DNA of 26,056 bases from Octopus sinensis (Eukaryota), in assembly GCF_006345805.1 (NCBI RefSeq), contig NW_021836623.1:1-26056 (forward strand). The letters are read 5' to 3'. Below are positions 20,961-26,056 of this stretch, in pieces. The position numbers and the translations under genes are program-made. Under the pieces are notes generated by a model that saw only the letters and a program-made list of their open reading frames with translations, did no database searches and had not been told where the DNA came from. Every line of letters starts with the position of its first letter. Within the stretch, counting starts at the first letter, position 1.

Positions 20961-23060
20961 TCTATGTTTGACTTTTGCTTTATATTTGTACAAGTTGGCT
21001 CCAAGTCTCACCCAGAGACCTCAAGAGACAACAGGGTTGGAAGTTCATGTTGTTGTTATGCCTAGTGTGCCATATATTTGGGGGGTGGGGATGTTGTACT
21101 AATGAATGTCTAAAAAAAAAAGTTTTTTTTTTTTTTTTTTTTTTTTTTAACCGAAATTATGGTTGTTTTAAACCTTGAGGTTACATAGAGAGTTTTTGCG
21201 TAGGATATGAGCAGTCCCATGAGCACTATCTTTTGAACTTCTGCCATTTTTGGGTTTCCTGGTATCTGAGTTAGGTAGCTATCAGCCCCTTTTGCTATCA
21301 TTCCCAGGGCACCTATGACAACAGTATTGTTTTAGTCTTCAGCTTCCACATTTTGCTGATTTCTATTTCAAGATCTTTATAATTTGCTCAGTTTTTGGTA
21401 GGTCTTGACAGATACGTTTATATCGATTGGGACAGTCATATCAATGAGGAGGCATGTTCTTTTTGTTTGAAGTCTTTCAATATGATGTCTGGCCTATTTG
21501 CATCTATCTTCCTGTCAGTTTGAATGGTGAAGTTCCAGAGGAGTGAGATGTGGTCATTTTCAAGCACTGGGGGTGGTTTGTGTTCCCACCATTTTTTCAT
21601 GGGGCAAATCCAGGTTTTTACAGATTACCCAGTGAATATATTGTGCAGCTCTATCGTGCCTGTTGAGATACTCTGTAGGCGCTAGAAGACTGCACTTGGA
21701 GACCACATGGTCAATGGTTTCATTTTGTTGCTTGCATACACGACACGTTGGACTGCTTTCTGATCTTTATATGTTGGCCTGGTAGTTTCTTGTTGGTAGG
21801 CATTGATCTTGAGCTGCTATGATAAACCCCTCTGTTTCAGATTTAAGCGAGAGGCCATTAGCCATTGATGGGTCAGGGCTTTGTCGATATCTGCATTATT
21901 CGCGCTCTCTTTGGGTATTTGCCTAGAGAGGTTTTTCTTGCCATTTATTATTCAGAATATCTAAGGCCGCAGTTTTGGCACGGGTTTTCATGCGCCTAGC
22001 TTTTTCTGTGCTTGTTTCTTGTATATCTATCTCTAATAATTCCGAAATTGGTTGTATTCGGAATCACTTAGATATTCCTTTGCCTGTTTTGTGACTGAGT
22101 ATGATGCTTTCTTGTTTTCATGTTTTGAGACAAGTTTTAGCATCCAGTCCTCAGAGTTTTTCAGGTAGGTGTCTAGGCCAAGTGTAGCAATCTTCATTGT
22201 TATTGCCAGTTTGCAAAAGACCACGGCCTCCCTCTTCTTGGCAGATAGAGTCGTTCTGTATCTGCCTTAGGGTGGTGCATTCTATGCATTGTCAACAGTT
22301 TCCTTATTTTTCTATCGAGCTGACATATTTCAGTAATTGACCAGTTAACAATATTGAAACTGTAAGTCACGACTGGTATAGCTAATGCATTGATTGCTTC
22401 GATCCTGTTTCTTGCATTCAGCTCTGTCTTGAGTATTGCTCTCACTCTTCGATAGCATTCTCTCCTGATCCTTTCCTTCATCTCCGAATGCCTTATTCCG
22501 TTCCCTCAATTACCCCTAGGTACTTGTAGCTCTCCGCTGGGTCTAGTTCTTTTATGACATTCTGTTGGTCAAGGTTAACGTTAGATGTTTCTGTCATTTT
22601 TCCTTTGATAAAGGTAGCCTTTGCACATTTATCGAGGCCGAATTGCATTCTGATGTCGTCACTGAATTGTTTGACTATCGCTAGTAAGCCCTTGAGTTGT
22701 TGATCATTTTTTCAAAAAGCTTTAAATCATCCATGTAAACGAGATGATTTATATTTTTATCAAACATTTTATACCCGTACTGCGCGTCATTGAGCAGCTT
22801 TGAGAGAGGTATTAAGGATAAACAAAGAGGAGTGGTGACAGTGAGTCACCCTGGAAAATGCCACACGAATTTTTACATCACCAGCATTTAGGGATTCACT
22901 GTCACTGTTCAGAGTTAGTGTGGTTCTCCATGATCTCATACTTACAGTCAAGAAGTTTCGCAGAGTTGATGCTATCTTATACATTTCAATGCATTTCCTA
23001 ATCCAGCTATGTGGTAGGCTATCAAAAGCCTTTTTATAGTCTATCCAGGCTATTGATAAG

Positions 23061-23062
<2 letters not shown>
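20961..23062 (-). mobile_element. 5'-truncated, frameshifted R4/Dong-clade non-LTR retrotransposon (RT + CCHC + RLE + 3' UTR) inserted in (TAA)n
   Basis: Minus strand: IAWIDYKKAFDSLPHSW, GIFQGDSLSP, VYMDDLK (22721-22740), YKYLG, ERLYLPR, ETEGFIIAAQDQ, CRVC..ETIDHVVSKC, RHD, NRPD; (TTA)n at 20933-20960 and from 23064. Confidence 0.92.
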
Positions 23063-23063
<1 letters not shown>

Positions 23064-23115
<52 letters not shown>

Positions 23116-23244
23116 GATTATTTATTATTATTATTAATTAGTTTATTATTATTATTATCATTATTATTATTATTATTATCATTATTATTATTATTATTAT
23201 TCTTATCATTATTATTATAATCATTATCCTTTATATTATTATTA
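23064..23244. repeat. (TTA)n microsatellite
   Basis: Directly visible. Confidence 0.95.
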
Positions 23245-23341
23245 CGTATGCATGTATGTATGTATAACAACAATACTAGTATAATAATATTATAAAAAAT
23301 ATATATTTAAACGTATATAATAATATATATATATATATATG

Positions 23342-23347
23342 GTTGTG

Positions 23348-23378
<31 letters not shown>

Positions 23379-23516
23379 TGTACGTGCGTGTATGTGCGTA
23401 GATTTATCCGCACAGACACTCACACACACACTGATATACATATATATATATAGATATATATATATATATATTATATATATATATATATATATGTTTATAT
23501 ATGTTATATGTATATG

Positions 23517-23560
<44 letters not shown>

Positions 23561-23700
23561 TATATATATTATATATTATATATATACATATATATACATA
23601 TATATATATGTGTATATCAGTGTGTGTGTGAGTGTCTGTGCGGATAAATCTTCGCACATACACGCACGTACACACAGACACACACACAGAGACACACAAC
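23342..23700. repeat. Large palindrome: 66-bp inverted arms around an (AT)n core
   Basis: 23375-23440 is the reverse complement of 23611-23676 with one mismatch; (TG)n/(CA)n extend it outward. Confidence 0.92.
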
Positions 23701-24353
23701 ACACACTCATATTTAGGTGGATGTACAATGAAGAAGACTATTCTACGAACGATAACATTAAGTGCTTCCGTAATAAACGACTGGAAAAATTTTGATGGAA
23801 CCAACAATAACGAAAAGAGGAAAGAAAAGAAAAAAAGAGGAGAACTTTTAAGATTTCTTCCATAAAGCATTTTATTCATCGGAATACCTACTTCTGAGGT
23901 GGATTTTCTCCATTTTTATTGTATTTATATTAATGTATCGCCATTTAAATATTGATCACGTGACATTAGATTGACCGAGTGAATTGAAAGCTGGTTGTTC
24001 TTTAGGAAATATCTCAGTCGATTTTTGTTGCTTAGTCACGTGGCGACTCTGAATGAGCTGACCTATGATTAAATGCGTTCCAGCTGTGACCACTTCCTTT
24101 GGTGGTCGCTGGGCTAAGTTACCCAATGTGTCCGTTCTTCTTTTCAGACTGTAGGATACGATTTGCAGGACATTTAGCTGTTATTTCTAGCATGCTGAAA
24201 TAACCACATAGAGGTCTTTCTTAGTTCATGTTGTTGCTGTTACTGCTGGTGGTGACCATATCGGTCAATCACAGGTGAGCACAAATTCAGAATCTGTTCC
24301 TCTATCATTTATATAACCTCAATCATTTAACATCTCATTTATTTATACATATA

Positions 24354-24755
24354 CAGGAGTGGCTGTGTGGTAGGTAGCTTGCTAACCAACCACATGGTTC
24401 CGGGTTCAGTCCCACTGCGTGGCATCTTGGGCAAGTGTCTTCTGCTATAGCCCAGGGCCGACCAATGCCTTGTGAGTGGATTTGGTAGACGGAAACTGAA
24501 AGACGTCAGTCGTATATATGTATATATATATATATATGTATGTGTGTCTGTGTTTGTCCCCCTAGCATTGCTTGACAACCGATGCTGGTGTGTTTACGTC
24601 CCCGTCACTTAGCGGTTCGGCAAAAGAGACCGATAGAATAAGTAGTGGGCTTACAAAGAATAAGTCCCGGGGTCGATTTGCTCGATTAAAGGTGGTGCTC
24701 CAGCATGGCCGCAGTCAAATGACTGAAACAAGTAAAAGAGAGAGTAAAAAGAGTA
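24354..24755 (+). mobile_element. SINE family B
   Basis: Aligns with the other B copies. Confidence 0.9.
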
Positions 24756-24807
24756 TACACACCAAGACTTCATTACCCAATATTTTATTAATTTCTCATG
24801 GTTGATG

Positions 24808-24890
24808 TCTTCTTCTTCTTCTTCTTCTTCTTCTTCTTCTTCTTCTTCTTCTTCTTCTTCTTCTTCTTCTTCTTCTTCTTCTTCTTCTTC
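24808..24890. repeat. (CTT)n pure microsatellite
   Basis: Directly visible polypurine/polypyrimidine tract. Confidence 0.97.
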
Positions 24891-25034
24891 CGATCAGGAC
24901 TCACGCCATAAGCCACAAAGTATAATATCTAATTCGAACCTACTCTAAGCTACTAAGAATGCGTGTGGCAATACGCGATAGACTGGCTGTTGCATGGGCT
25001 CGAAAGCTACGTTGTTATCCTCATTCCGTAAACG

Positions 25035-25320
25035 GAAATCACCAGATATTTCTCCTTCGGATTTCCACTTATTCAGGTCTCTGCAGAAGAGTCTTAATGG
25101 TAAAAATTTCAATTCCTTGGATGACGTAAAAAGATACCTTGATGAATTCTTTGCCATGAAACCACCTCAATTCTGGGAAGAGGATATTTTCAAGTTAAAG
25201 GAAAGACGCATTGTGCAACAAAATGGTTCATATTTGGTTGATTTAAAATGTAATGGCAAGTATTTATTGACCTTTTTCTTTCCTTTAAAGATCGGCACGA
25301 ACTTTCCGGACAACCCGATA
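25035..25320 (+). mobile_element. mariner transposon 3' fragment (transposase C-terminus plus right TIR)
   Basis: SPDISPSDFHLFRSLQKSLNGKNF...F..KP..FW...I.KL.ER...NG.Y is the mariner YSPDLAPSDYHLF C-terminus; TIR TCGGCACGAACTTTCCGGACAACCCGATA ends in TA. Confidence 0.88.
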
Positions 25321-25424
25321 GATCGTAACGTTGATAAAATAAATGGAACTCATTATCAAAACGGACAGAAATCTATGGTATTTACATAGGGAGAAGAACC
25401 TTCTGATACAACTTAATATAATAA

Positions 25425-25611
25425 TGATTTCGAAATTTTGGCACAAGGCCTGCAATTTCGTGGGTGTGGGTAAATCGATTACCTCAAATGGTACTTATTT
25501 TATCGACCCCGAAAGGATGAAAGGCAAAGTCGACACCGGCAGCATAAGGTTGGAAAATATGTCGCTTTTCTTTTCTCCGGCGTGCTAACGGTTTTTTTCC
25601 AGCTCGCCGCC
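25425..25611 (-). mobile_element. Diverged SINE family A variant (alternative tail)
   Basis: Family A head and core (ATCGACCCCGAAAGGATGAAAGGCAAAGTCGAC) with tail TTTCGAAATTTTGGCACAAGGCC.GCAATTT. Confidence 0.7.
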
Positions 25612-25632
25612 CTACAACTTAATACAATATTA

Positions 25633-25836
25633 GTTTCAAATTTTGGCGTAAGGTCAGCAATTTTTTGAGAGGGGTTAAGTCGATTACAGTGCTCAACCGC
25701 CACTTATTTTTATCGACCCCTAAGGTCTGAAAGACAAAGTCGATCTCGGCGGAATTTGAACTCAGAATGCGAGGACGGGCGAAATGTCTCTTTGCATTTT
25801 TCCCCAACGCGGTAACGATTCTGCCAGTTCGCTGCC
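25633..25836 (-). mobile_element. Diverged SINE family A variant (alternative tail), tandem with the previous copy
   Basis: Same head, core and TTTCAAATTTTGGCGTAAGGTCAGCAATTT tail as 25425-25611. Confidence 0.7.
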
Positions 25837-26056
25837 TTATAGCTTAATATAATATTGAATCGGAAACTCAAACCATCACTGAGTTTAACATCACTCGTTG
25901 CCATTTGTGAGACTTTAAACTTGACTTCGCTTGACTTGCAAGCATACGGACGTGCCAAATCACCGCTCAGACGATAATTCAATAGGCTGATGCACTTTTC
26001 CCTAATGTTGCAACCCTTGAGTTGTGGTTTTTCTCCACATTTTTTCTCCGAGAACT

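Overview
AT-rich, microsatellite-dense eukaryotic DNA made almost entirely of interspersed repeats. The SINE families and overall composition resemble a coleoid cephalopod (Octopus-like) intron or intergenic region; this is an inference from repeat recognition. No intact protein-coding gene is supported, and nearly all listed ORFs are microsatellite or SINE read-throughs. The window holds about 16 tRNA-headed SINE copies in three families and two decayed R4/Dong-clade restriction-like-endonuclease LINEs, one in (CATA)n and one in (TAA)n. It also holds RTE, Tc1, mariner and Helitron/Helentron fragments and a roughly 550-nt highly structured non-coding insert in (TATG)n. The most interesting signal is a cluster at 18.3-20.7 kb of minimal type-I hammerhead-ribozyme-like motifs interleaved with long near-perfect hairpins, a Penelope/retrozyme-like architecture. 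Several fold-back palindromes built on microsatellites and one possible 68-nt host exon are also present.
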